From Lobosporangium transversale (taxonomy: Eukaryota), in the NCBI RefSeq assembly GCF_002105155.1, contig NW_019029004.1, forward strand, positions 372,001-436,000: a DNA stretch of 64,000 nucleotides, read 5' to 3'. The notes under the pieces were generated by a model, which had not been told where the DNA came from, made no database searches, and worked only from the letters and a program-made list of their open reading frames with translations. Positions within the stretch are counted from its first letter, which is position 1, and every line of letters begins with the position of its first letter. Shown here piece after piece: positions 13,823 to 27,535 of the stretch. The position numbers and the translations under genes were made by a program.

Positions 13823-15656
13823 GATGATTGGGTAGTTTATCAGTGAGGTTAAAATGGCAGACGAAAGAGAGGACTATCTAAAGGAGAAGAGGAGAGAAGA
13901 GAGTGAAGAGTGAAGAGGAATAAGGCTTTATTTTCGGCAAGCATATGAGACGTAGGAACGCTTGATTGAAATTAAAGTGCGGCTCGGCTGTTTTTGTGTG
14001 GGCGGCCGGGACATCAATCTCGATCAGATATTTAAGTTTGACAACACGCAGTCCCTTTGATCATATTTTTAATCATTTTACGGCATAGAATCCAGCTACT
14101 CAAGGATCAATTTTGGAGGCTATTGAGACACGCGGAGAAGAATCCCTAGAGCCATTCAATAAAAAAACCATCAGGCATATGAAGCGGCCCCCGTTGGCAG
14201 AATCATGAAGGCATCTGCACATCAGCGTCATCATAGCTTTGATAAGAGCAAGATGTATAACGGTGTCACCCCCTTGGCCGCTTGATCACAGCGCTCTCCT
14301 CTTAATTTCAGGATACCAAGCACATAAAGACGTTTCCCAAAGGCTTGAGGCCTCACTTTTTATTTACGGTCCTCGGTAACACAGCTATACTTACAAGCTT
14401 CTGTTCTTCAAAGCCATTAGGCAAATTTCCCTGATCATCTTCAAGCTGCTGCGTCGCAATACAATGCAGACAACATGCTGGTTGATGTGTCGGCAATAGA
14501 TTTAACTGCTCTTTAGATCGCCTCATCCCTAGAAACATCAGCAAACAGGCTTGTTTGGGGAGCAATTACAGAAGAATACAGTTCAAGTGCCTCGGAAGGC
14601 GAAGGAACTAAGTTTATATGCAAGCGATGGATGCTGCAAGTCTCCTTTCGATTAATGGACATTGTCGATGTCCGCCACTCTATTTCGATAGGATGCCTAC
14701 TATACCTACCGTTACCATGTCAACCATAGGACTGTAGCTTGGCTGGTCTATAAATGGTTCTCTGAGCTGTACCAGAGTCTTTTGAGTCGAAACTTGCTAT
14801 AACTCTGCCTACAATACACCCTACTGGAGTCTTCCTGCTATACACACACTTCACGAGGAATTGGAAACAGCCACATTGGCAGGGGATCTCAAGAATAATC
14901 GTACAGTCTACTTCTTGCTGGCATATTATACATATTATTCTCTGACATAGAACTTTGTCTCGTCATTCTCTCTCCAAATGCGAGAGGAAGTCAATACTGA
15001 GCACACGGGTGTAAATGAGGTCACTAGAGCTTCAGATGTGGCCTATGTGGCCCGTCAAAAAGGAGTGGCTCGCGAATAAATGAGTATGGGCATGTGAAGA
15101 GTAGGTAGAAGTATGTAGGGTATTGACCAAAGTCAACTTCGGATTCAAACTTGAACAGGAGGGGCAATGGGTGCATTACCTATCTGCGCCTTAGCCTTAG
15201 ATGTTGTCTTATTTTCGATGATACATGAGACGAAATATGGACTCTATGTCCGTATCGTCCTGTTGGCACTGGCCTTCGCCAAGTCCAACCATGAGATGAT
15301 AGATTATTTTGACATCGATTGGGTTAGTTTATCAGTGAGATTAAAAAGACAGACGAAAAAAAAAAAAAAAAAAAACTTAACTAGATGAGAAGGAAAACGA
15401 AGGGAGCGAAGGGAGTGAAGAGTATGAAGAGTAAAGAGTAATGGAGTCGATTTAGATTTGCCTGGCAAGCATATGAGAAGTAAGAACGCTCGATCATCGA
15501 ATGCATGATTTGCGACACAAAAGGCATGCTCGGTAAGAATGACATGTATTACAAACCATGTCGTCCTATTTACTGTTTACTTTCACTATCTTCTAAGCAA
15601 ACTAATCAGCTTTTGAAGTCCACTTCTGAGAATATCTGGCACAAGTAATTTTTTTT

Positions 15657-17489
15657 TTAGGCCACTATAAACATGGCGCCGGGCAGAATCAATGCCCCCG
15701 TCACGACTGCAACCATTGCTACACAGAATCCAGACGCTGTAGCCATAAGCTGTGTAGCGAACCCTAGCGGAGGCTCGCCGCCATGTCTTGGTGCTAGATG
15801 GCCACGAGATGATCCACCGAGCTGAGGGCCCGATGTATTAATGCTAGTTCGAGTACGTGATGTTGGGTATTGCGTTAAAATTGTGGTCGTTCCGTCGGAC
15901 CCAACAAACGTCGTTGTTTGCGTTGAATCTCCACGAGTCGTAGTCGTAGTCGAGATAGTCGCTTCTGTGGAGGTTTCGGCGGAGGTTTCTGTCGCACTAT
16001 CAGATTTTTGGGTCGATATGGCCGACAAGTCTGACATGGTTTCCCTTATTGCTGTATCAGTTGGCTGAGGCGCTAATGAAGACGAAGTTGCCGTTGCGGC
16101 TTCAGCTTGCTCAATCATACTTGTCACAGGCATGGAAGAAAGTATAGAGCTTGAACGATGAAGCGATGAAGTTTCTGGGGCCTTCGTATATGTCGGAACT
16201 GGCGAGAGCGCTAAGGAGGAGGCTCGAGTAGGAGATATATCCACTGTAGACGCCTTTGAAATAGGCAAAGTTTGAATAAACGTAGGAGGGGACATAGTTG
16301 ATATGGGTGAATCAGGGGATGCAGGTACATCCCGAGATAGGGTTGGATAAAAAGATGGAGCCATGGTTGACAATAATCCGGCATAGGACGTATATGTGAG
16401 CATGTCCTTAGGAGGAGGATACCATGCGCTAATGACGGGCGATGCCTTGGGCAATACGTACGGCTCTGGCACATGAGAAACAGAAGCTATAGCAGGCGTA
16501 TTAGCAGCAGGGATAGCATACGGAGTTGCAAGAGGTGAGGCAATGGATGACGAGTCGGCCGGTATCGTGATTGGTACAGGCGTTACATGAATGATGGAAG
16601 TATCGTGTTGAGCGGCATGTGCAATATATGGAAGGCGTGCAGGAGCACGGATATTACTCGAGGGGATGTTATCAATAACATCGGTTACAGGTGCAGTATT
16701 GGGTACATATGAAGATGCAGAATATGCAATGACGGGCTTCGGAGCAGGCCCAGATACAGATGCGTGAGTGAATGGAGCATCAGCAGTAAACGGTTCCACA
16801 TGTGAATCAGCGTGTTGAGTGGAGTATGTAGTGGCAAATGCAGGGACAACAGCAGGTTTTGGGATGTCATGTGAAACAACAGAGACCATAGCTGATGCAA
16901 GATATGGAGTGGGCAAGGGAGTGAATGAAGTAACGGGCGTGTCCGGAGCATTATATATTCCAGACATGCGAGAAGGGGACATATGGGCATACACGATTGC
17001 ACGTCCATCGGCATGGCAGCAGGCGCACGGACAGGGGAGGAGGAAACAAATGAAGCAGACAGTTGAGCATATGGAGAATCAGGTGCTGGCGCACCAAGCA
17101 TAAAGATGTCCATTTCTCAGGCATAAACATAACAATGACACAATTCCCATGGATTTTGGGCCAAGTTTACTTAGAACGCACCTGGATGAGCATGATGCTG
17201 AACAGGAGATTTTGGCTGCGAAGTTGCGATCGAAACTGCTTGAAGTGGCGGTACAGTCGCTTGTGCTGCAATGGGCAGATATCTGAACTCCGTAACAGTA
17301 ACTATGACCAATGATCATTAGTCCTTACTTAGTATTATTATTTCAATACTCGAAACACTTATTGTGTAGTGAATTACCATAGACTATGTTCTCTCGTTTG
17401 TCAACGGCGAGGGGCAACACTAGGCCAACTAGGAAGCCGTATAACAGCGCTCTTGCCAGGATGGGAATAAGATCTACTGGACAGAGCAT
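15657..17489 (-). CDS. Secreted Ser/Thr/Pro-rich mucin-like cell-surface protein with hydrophobic C-terminus (GPI signal or TM)
   Basis: Exon 1 is MLCPVDLIPILARALLYGFLVGLVLPLAVDKR (signal-peptide-like with a KR site). In-frame GT-AG introns lead into ORF 15657-16994, which is S/T/P/A-rich and ends ...GFCVAMVAVVTGALILPGAMFIVA. Confidence 0.7.
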
Positions 17490-18165
17490 GTCTTTAGCCT
17501 TGCTTTCTTACACACGCTTTTTTTCTAATCTATTGTTAGGAAGAGGTAGTAGTGAATAGATATTAAGGCGCTTAAAGATGTATGGTATTGATATGAGTCA
17601 AAGTAGTATGGAAGTTAAAGAATTAAAATTACTGTTACCAGAGCTAGAGGAAAATATAGGGCGCCGTAGCATGGCTTTTTAATCTTGTTTTCACAGTAAA
17701 AATAGCCCCGACAATAAAACTGGCTCAAAGACTTACTGATCTATAGAGAGCACTACGCTGATATAAAGTGATAGTAGTTCTCCAAAAGCGGAATATGCAG
17801 GCTAGAGCTATCAATGATGGTGGCTGTATACAGATAAGACGTACACTCAACTCAGTTCATTTGATCGTATCTGGAATGTATCACGAAAAAAGGGCAGGAT
17901 ACATATCCACGGTGTGAGCCATAAAAGGAAAAGAAGGTCTTGCTTGACGTAAACGGCCCGCCATCCCCCTGAAACGCCGCTTTGTTTGACGGAGAGAGCC
18001 GAGAGCGCGGCGACCCATCTGAAGCATAAAGCAATAAGAGAGTTTACATATACATGTTAAGTGGCGTGAGACATCGCCACTTCTATTATGAGAAATAGAA
18101 ATTCATTTCACACACCCTCTTCTCTTCCCACTCTTTAGCATTCGTGTCCCTCTTCTTTCACCACC

Positions 18166-19777
<1,612 letters not shown>

Positions 19778-20050
19778 AATAAAGAGAGAGCCTGATAAAC
19801 GGGTGCGTCAGCTCTTACAAAAGCATTTTGGTCTGGCCTTAAGAGTATGTCTCTCCAGATCCTTAAGACATTTCACAAATGCAAACATTAAGACAGCTTT
19901 GTTATGTTTGTTATGTCAATATATTACCTATCCAAGGTAAAAACTGGACCCACTTCCCTAATTTACTCCTTTTGCTTGTTGCGATTAAAGGAATACGCAC
20001 AGGGAACAGTTACTGGGCCATAAAGTTACTCGCAAAGAGCGTTTAAGTGC

Positions 20051-20094
<44 letters not shown>

Positions 20095-20356
20095 AAGACC
20101 CTCAAGGACTCAAGGATGCTTTTACATAAACTTTTCGAGAACAAGGACCCAAGAGCCCCATATAATATGAATCTTTGCTACACTACAGCTCCTATTGATT
20201 AATCAGCACTGCTACACAACAAAGAGCAAAAAACGACAGAAATATTAGGCGTTTTTATTACCATTATCATAGTGGATATATTGGACACATCTATGCTACA
20301 ATCACGTGATGCTATTAATAATATATAGCATTTCCTCGAAGGAAAACCAAAGCAAA

Positions 20357-20430
20357 GTTTGTATGGTGTAGTTGGTTATCACGTCTGTCTAACACACAGA
20401 CGGTCCTCGGTTCGAGTCCGAGTACAAACA
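20357..20430 (+). tRNA. tRNA-Val (anticodon AAC), intronless
   Basis: Acceptor stem GTTTGTA/TACAAAC, A-box TGGTGTAGTTGG, anticodon arm TCTGT-CTAACAC-ACAGA, T-loop GGTTCGAGTCC, followed by a TTTT terminator. Confidence 0.95.
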
Positions 20431-20615
20431 TTTTGTATTTTTGGACTAGCTGGGTCATCAAGTCTTGCCAGTATTTGCACGGGGTCTTTATTTCATCCAC
20501 AAGCGGCAGCGTGTATCCTACAGATTACATGATTCCAGCTTTTTATTTCGAAGCAAATAAGCGAAGGTGAGTCTAGAGTAGAGGGGAGTCTGGAGCTGCG
20601 ATACTCATCGTGCTC

Positions 20616-20902
20616 TGTTGCATATTTCACAGTATGCAATATTACGATGGCCTAGCTAGAAAAAATTAGAGTAAAAAACACCAATGCGCTAAAAGATTAG
20701 CAGTAAAAATTAGTGGCAATAACGCGCCACACCTAGACGCGATAAATCTTTGATATGAAGTTTTTAGAACGATATGTAGTTACCCGATACAAGTCCCTCT
20801 ACCAGAAAATGAATAAATACTCTATGGATGTGGTGTGTGGGCCCATATCTTATTCTCACTTACTTTTCTACTGCTTACTATCTATCTACAAAATATTTCT
20901 CA
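20616..20902 (+). mobile_element. Degenerate solo LTR, same family as 59540-59904
   Basis: Starts TGTTG and ends ...TTTCTCA, flanked by TGCTC/CGCTC (near 5-bp TSD). Shares blocks ACAGTATGCAATATTA, CAATAACGCGCC, GACGCGATAAATC, GATATGTAGTTACC and CTACCAGAAAATGAATAAATAC with 59540-59904. Confidence 0.65.
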
Positions 20903-22069
20903 CGCTCTATTCCGCTCTACAGTCACTCAAAAGAAAGTCTGGTTAAAGTGGGTTATTTATTATTTTTTTTATTTTGATTCTCTGACAAACAGCTCATTTA
21001 TGACATACAAAAATACTTCACTGACCAAGATGGAAATTCACGCGTTTATTAATGAGGCCAATGTGGGTAATCACTGAAGTTTTTGGGCGGTACGTGCTGA
21101 GGGTAAACGGCAAGAAATAGGATTGAAGACAGTGCTTCTCTTCAAAATTTTATTTTTTTGACCAAACTTTCTTTCAGGTGATTGTACAATATGAAGCTAG
21201 TCCCTAGACGCAGTGAGCATCCACATGTGCTGCTGAGTATGCGACACTGCGTGCTAAAGACGATCCAAGGCAAGTTCTGGCTATTATTGGTGAAAAATCA
21301 ACCCTGATTGAACATGATAACAAACTTGGAATGTAATCAGACAAAAATAAGGATCTTTATCAACGTAACAGAAAAGAGTATTTATGCCTCTTTTCTATCA
21401 CTATAAGTCACGGCTATGCTATTAAAGTATTTTAGCTCTTTAGATATAGGGATATAGGTAATTGTGGCACGATCGGCTTTGAGTGCGAACTGTCACTAAC
21501 TGTCAAAAGATAAGTAATCTCTCGGGTTACAAACGGCTGAGAGGATGGACATTCCACAAAATAAACTGAATGTATTTGGTGAATTTGGTAAACAAAATTT
21601 AGTACCAAGGGCGTTTGAGCTCTTAATAAAGAAGGACGGAGATAGGGACATAGAAGAAGAAAGAGAAAAGAAAGAGAGTAGTAACACGGCACGCTATGCA
21701 TCGTAGCAATGAGTATGATCGTTTATATATCTACCGAAACAAACTACACATTAGAGGCCCCTAATTACTGAACTCATCGTTATGTGCTTAATAGCGTACG
21801 GAAACACTTGAGATGTATGCACGCGCTAAATGAAAGAAAGCATCAGGGAACCATCCACAGCCTATAAGAATACGACCAACAAAGTGCAAAGTAAAGTGGC
21901 ATAGTATATTCCAATTATAGATAAATTGTTTGTAACTCTTTATTTAGTCCCAGAATCGCATAAAGAATATCAACATCTATTCTGGGCTACATACGACCTT
22001 GATAAGATATATATTCTGGTCAATATTTGATGCTTGGGTATCGAGCTTGTGTCGTGGAAGGCTTCCTGG

Positions 22070-22320
22070 TAGTGGTATCTAGACTGAAATAAAGACCCAT
22101 ACAAATAAAAAAAAAGCCCCCCGTGCAAATAATTTTTTTTTATTTGTACGGGAGCAGTGTAAATAAGGTGTGTACGCGGCCGTGCAAATATCTTTTCCCA
22201 ACATTTATAGCCTCACAGAACCCGCGGGGAGCAAACTTGTACGAGTCAGTGATAATATTAATGTATTTCTCCAAAAAAAACGGTCTTTGTAATTGTACGT
22301 CGTACCGCTCTAGGTAATAA
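22070..22320. repeat. Decayed DNA-transposon-like terminal region with repeated CCCGTGCAAATA motifs
   Basis: Motif variants at ~22096, 22120 and 22179, and inverted at 22141 (hairpin 22120-22152). TGAAATAAAGACCC at 22085 also occurs inverted at 20471-20494. Confidence 0.45.
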
Positions 22321-23478
22321 TTGGAGGCAATACCAAAGGACCAGGTTGTAAAAAGGGAGAAGTGAAGTAAGTATAAATGTACATTGAGGAAAGTGTGACG
22401 GGATGATCTGGCTACTTCTAGGATTCATGCTTATGAATTGAGGATATGACATTTATACATTTAAAAACAACCAACTGCCAGGGGTGAAAAAAAGAAGGTA
22501 AGCACCATACACTCAAATAAACCAACGGAATAAGGGAGGACAAAGGAAATGATTATACACACGTGTAGGTCTGTGTACACTTGCTCCAACTTGGTGGGTA
22601 CCCGAGCACTCCCATTCGTGGCTGATTCTCACCATAATATAATTTAAAACAGGATTTCCATGGGAAGTAAGCATTTTTGGATAACTTTTGTTCTTAGGTG
22701 GTGGATGGCTATCAGTAATATCTCACAACGGTTTGAGAGGGAGGAGTAGACGGGAGCATCAAACACGCGTCAAAAGGTACAATATTCAAAGAAATATATT
22801 TTAATACATAATGAAAGATGGGTGAGAGAGGGCGTGCACCTTCGGAGCAAGACTGCCTTAGATGCTCCCTGTTTCCTTGTCTCATTATCGCAGCCCTCAA
22901 CCTTCCTCTTTTTCCTTTTTTTTTTTTTTTTTTTTTGGATGGTCATTGCATTCAGATGCTTCATTCAACCCGAGCTCTGTCTCTTACCTCACAGGTCCTC
23001 GTTAACCTTATTTCCGATCTACCTTTTTATGTTTTTGTGGGCTTTCCATCCATTTTTCTCGCTGCACCAGGAGTAGTCTTCGTTGTCTTCTTCTGGAAAT
23101 CCCTATCCCACTTCATACTCATTGCACTTCCAGGATGTGCTCAACTTGACCCTCCTCCACACACTTCATATTCTTTTAAAGAAAAGAGCAATACTCTACT
23201 ACATGTACAGACAGAACACACTCTTTGGTATTACTCTCTCAGTCTGCAATTAACCTTATTTATTTACAGTCTAAGAGTTCCATATATATTCGACCGTTCA
23301 ATACAGAGATATTTCACCTCAACGCCTTCTCTTTCGCCTTTATCACGAACCGCCCCTATTCATCCTCCTTTCGACATCTTTCAAGTTGGAAGCAACACCA
23401 GTGTTTAACAAATCATCATCCTTTTTTTAGCATTGATTTTTGAATAATTAGGCGTCCCAGCTGAAGAGTGAAGCTCTC

Positions 23479-26400
23479 ATGGCCACTGAAGATGAGCCCC
23501 GGTCATCACTCACCTTCCCTGGACTAGCATCCCTGCGAGAGGGCATAACAAGTAGGGCGCTAGAGTCAGAGATTAACTCCCTTCAGGAAACGACCGTGGA
23601 CCGATCCAGGGCCACAGGGAACGATTTGGAGGCGCCTCAGGGAGATGACGATAACATCAGTGTCTCGCGAGGACCCAAACAAGAGCAGCAGCGCCGGCGG
23701 CGACCCTTGTCGCTGGCTTCAGCGGCTTTGCCGTTTATATTAACGATCCTGACGTTCTATATTTATTACATTTATGTTGTGCATGTGTGCAGTAAGTTGA
23801 TCATGCTCCTGTGTGTTTTAAGGCTAATATCTGGCATTGGATTTTGCATCTCTCCTACTTTTCTACGAAACCTTCAAGTATTAATGTCTAGGTATTGTTT
23901 ATAATCTATGAATGGACACCATGCTGCTATGTTGGATACTGAAAAATACTCGCCAGTTTACTATCTCTTGAATGCGAAGCAAGCTATCGTTCAAGCCAGT
24001 AAGTATTACGATATAGTTAACCACACCTTTTGGAGATGGAGGATTACGTGATAACTATAAGAATAGCAAATTCACCTCAGTAAAGGAAACAGGGGGCCCC
24101 CTGTTAGAGTTATGTCTTTCATCGATTGCAAAACCTCATTGATGTTGAAGTGCTTTCTTATTCAACTAAGAGGTCAAAATTTAATGAGACAGTTTAGTAA
24201 ACAAATTTAATACATCATCTTCAGGAATAATAGGCGGGGCTGTGTCAACAGACAAACGTGAAATGCGCGCACTCGCGCACACGCATATGCGTAAAAAATA
24301 TAAACAGTGCTGTATCAGAGTATCTCCTTGGATGACTAACGGTTTGTTTTCATTTCGCGCCCAAAGGTTGATCTCCAACCATTTTAACTCTATTCTGAGT
24401 GCCTCTTCAAATGAGCCACCAATGCCCTAGTTCTAATTTTCTTTTTTGCGCGCATGATATTTTTACTCCTGCAGCCCTGTATCTCATAGCTTTCAGCATT
24501 TTTGTCATGCTCTACTCTATCTCTTATGCTTTGAGCATTTATTGTGGTCCTGGATCACCATTGAAAGTAAGATAGTGGGTGAGAATTTGTTTTTTTGTTT
24601 TCCCTAATGTTGTTAGGAGTGGCATAGTAGCGTATTCAATATGTGTTAATACTGGCTAATTGACTCAAGTATTTCTACCAATCCCACCAATGCCCAATGC
24701 AGCCTCCAATACGCGCAACGCCACCGCCCATCCCGCCTACAACTACACCCTATCAACCACAACCGTCTTTTCCAGCCCCTTCACACTCTGAACGGGATGA
24801 ACGTACCGCATCAGGATTATCAGTGCCAGCCCCGTCAATTACACAGCCTTCCACATTTAAAAGGTCAAGAGAGCCATTGAATTCAGCTGGCCCAAGTCCC
24901 CACTTACTACCTATCACAATGACATCAAAATACTCAACTGCTAGCGCCATCCCAGCGAGGAATACACACTCAGATTCAAGCATCCCAGTAATGCTTCGCG
25001 AGCGCCATGCCGACGCGAGCACAGATGTCGGTGATTTTATTCCGGAGCCTCTTTATGGTAGCAGTGATCGGAATGAGGGTAGGCCCATCGGGGGTATTGG
25101 TAGAGGCAATTGTACTAATGTTGATATCTCTGATGTGGTGACGCGGTCGTGCCAGCCAACGCAAAGGGACAATCTTATGTCCCCCATAGCAACGTTAAGC
25201 ATTTGCAAGCAAGATGGCCGTCCTCGTTAGTGCGATATCTGTAAAATCGCCAAACCGGATCGGTGTCACCACTGTTCAGAATGCAATTGCTGTGTATTGC
25301 GGATGGACCATCATTGCCCCTGGGTGAATGGATGCATTGGGTTTGGCAACTACAAGTACTTCTACCTGTTCACCTTTTATGGCTCTATTTCGGCACTCTG
25401 GGCTACAGCAACTATGGCCACTTTACTACCAGAAGCGCTTGAGCGATGTAGTTCGAATGGCGGAAGTATGTGGAATATAATTGAGCGGCCTGAAAGCGAG
25501 CAGAGTGCCCCATGTAGACTTGATGCTCAGTGGGTTATAGGCATGGTGGCCACATTCCTGTTGGGAACGGTTAGTGCTCTATTTACAGCCACGCATACAT
25601 ACTATATCGTGACTAATCGAACAGCGGTCGAGATCCTCCAAGGCTTACGGAGTGTATTTGTTCGAGTTCAGTATTTAAAGCTGCCTCCACCCTTCGATCC
25701 ATCAATGCAAAGCATGCGCCTCTCTTTCCCAATGAGGTCTACTGCGCTACCATCTTTTGCATCGGAGATGGAGTTTAGTGTGGTAAAGGTTGAGCAAGGG
25801 GAGCGCTTATGGGACTGTGGATCCTGGTATGCTAATTGGAATAGCATAATGGGAGCAGCATGGTGGCTATGGTTCGGTATGTATCTCCTCCTTTATTGTC
25901 CAGATGGTGCCATATGTTATGCAAGTTGAGTGTTATATAATCATATTTCCTAACTGCAATAGTTCCTTACCACAACGCTCTTGGAGATGGTATCCATGAG
26001 GCATACAGCGATAAGGTATACCAGCGGCTAGTGTGCGATGCACTTGCTCAAGCTAGGATGCAGGTAGCCACCTTTGACCTCCGGAGGGATGTTACCGATA
26101 CTCAAAGATGGAGCAACGGTAGCGCTGCCCTTGCAGAGAGAGGAGGGGTCGCAATAGCCATCCAATCAATACCGTATATGGGATCAGAGGTGATGACCTC
26201 CGTTGATTACACAAGCAATATCGGTATCGAGCCAGATATCAGGAATACTGACCGCCAAACATCAAACGTAGATAAAATGTCAAGGGTCGTCTTGTCTTCA
26301 AGGATTGGCTACTCGGGTAGAATTGTAAATTACTCTAGTAATATGAGTCCGGTGCACTTATCATCTATCCACTTCGGAGCTGCAAAGGAGGAAAACTCAA

Positions 26401-26846
26401 CACTAGGAGCCACAGGTGCCAGCCACATTTCCCAGGGCCATCAAGCCGAAACATTTTTAGAGACTCAGAGCCAATCAGATGCGAACCTACAGGATACTAT
26501 TCAAGATCTCTGCACGAATGAAGGGGCCAGTTTTGAGCTATCACAGGAAAATGGCTACTCGACGCTCAAACAATACACCACAGGAGGCTCGATCCCACAC
26601 CAGCACCCACCTATATTGGGTCCATCCCATCGTCGCCAGAGAGCTATAAGCGGTGGTGCCCGCAGTAGCAGCTATGCAGGCCCTATTCGAGAGTTCGGGA
26701 TGGGCCTTGGAATAGACGGTATCCATACTGACAGTGGCACCGGTTTGAAACTCAGTAGCGGATTGTTAAGCTGGTCTGAGGAGCCAAGTCAAAGCAGGGA
26801 TTATGCTACGCGGCCCCTACAGCAACAGCAACAGGGACAGCAATAG
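23479..26846 (+). pseudogene. DHHC palmitoyltransferase (Pfa3/ZDHHC2-like) with an in-frame TAG just before the cysteine-rich domain
   Basis: ...[56 protein letters not shown], then TNRTAVE and upstream TM exons. The stop is at 25228-25230. Family call is firm; pseudogene status is uncertain. Confidence 0.7.
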
Positions 26847-27535
26847 GAATACTATTAATTTTAGGTATTCCATTACTTATTTTATAACTTATACGATATA
26901 TTAGATCAAGAAAAAAGTAACAATTTTACAATTGCTATTTTCCTATTTATAAGGATTACTTGACACAAATGTCAAGGCTCCTGTTCACAGATATATGTGT
27001 TTGACGAATACCTAGAAGCCACTTCCCTTGTTGGCAGGGCAGGGCAGTTGTCACAAAAAAATATTTTGGAATGCATGCGTCTTTTTATGTCGCAATTCTG
27101 TAGATGTAATTATTCGTATTCAATTTTACATTTTACTACATGCAGTCATATAAGGAAAATGAATAATTCGAATAAATATCCGTCTATTGTGTTTTATGTC
27201 AGTACCAGTAACACGCAGGGAACAGAGATGGTTTTTAAACAACAAACACTGTACCCAGTTGGCACATATTTTTATCGCCTGTTCTTTGCCCGATATGGAA
27301 GCCATGCTATGGGAAATAGTACAAGAGCAGGTTCTCTTGGTGCTCTTCTCATTGGCTGAATTGGGTTTTATGGCAAGGTTAAAGTTACTCATTTTTTTTA
27401 TTTCTCACGTTCTATCTTTCCATTTCCCCTTCTCTTTTTTCTTTCTTCACAGTCGCCCTTCTTCCTTCTTTTCACCTCTCCGCTCTCCAGTAATCATCCA
27501 CTGATACAAACCTCAGCACAAATACACTTTCTATC

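Noticed and set aside
14050..15300. Coding-like, GC-richer segment between the duplicated promoters
   Set aside because: Multiple stops in all frames examined and no recognisable family.
16890..17113. Apparent frameshift in the Ser/Thr/Pro-rich protein
   Set aside because: A GTATGC...CATCAG intron joins the two frames in phase.
20315..21701. Short ORFs within the inverted-repeat arms (60-90 aa)
   Set aside because: They overlap the tRNA, the LTR relic or AT-rich DNA and carry no motifs; their duplication only reflects the repeat.
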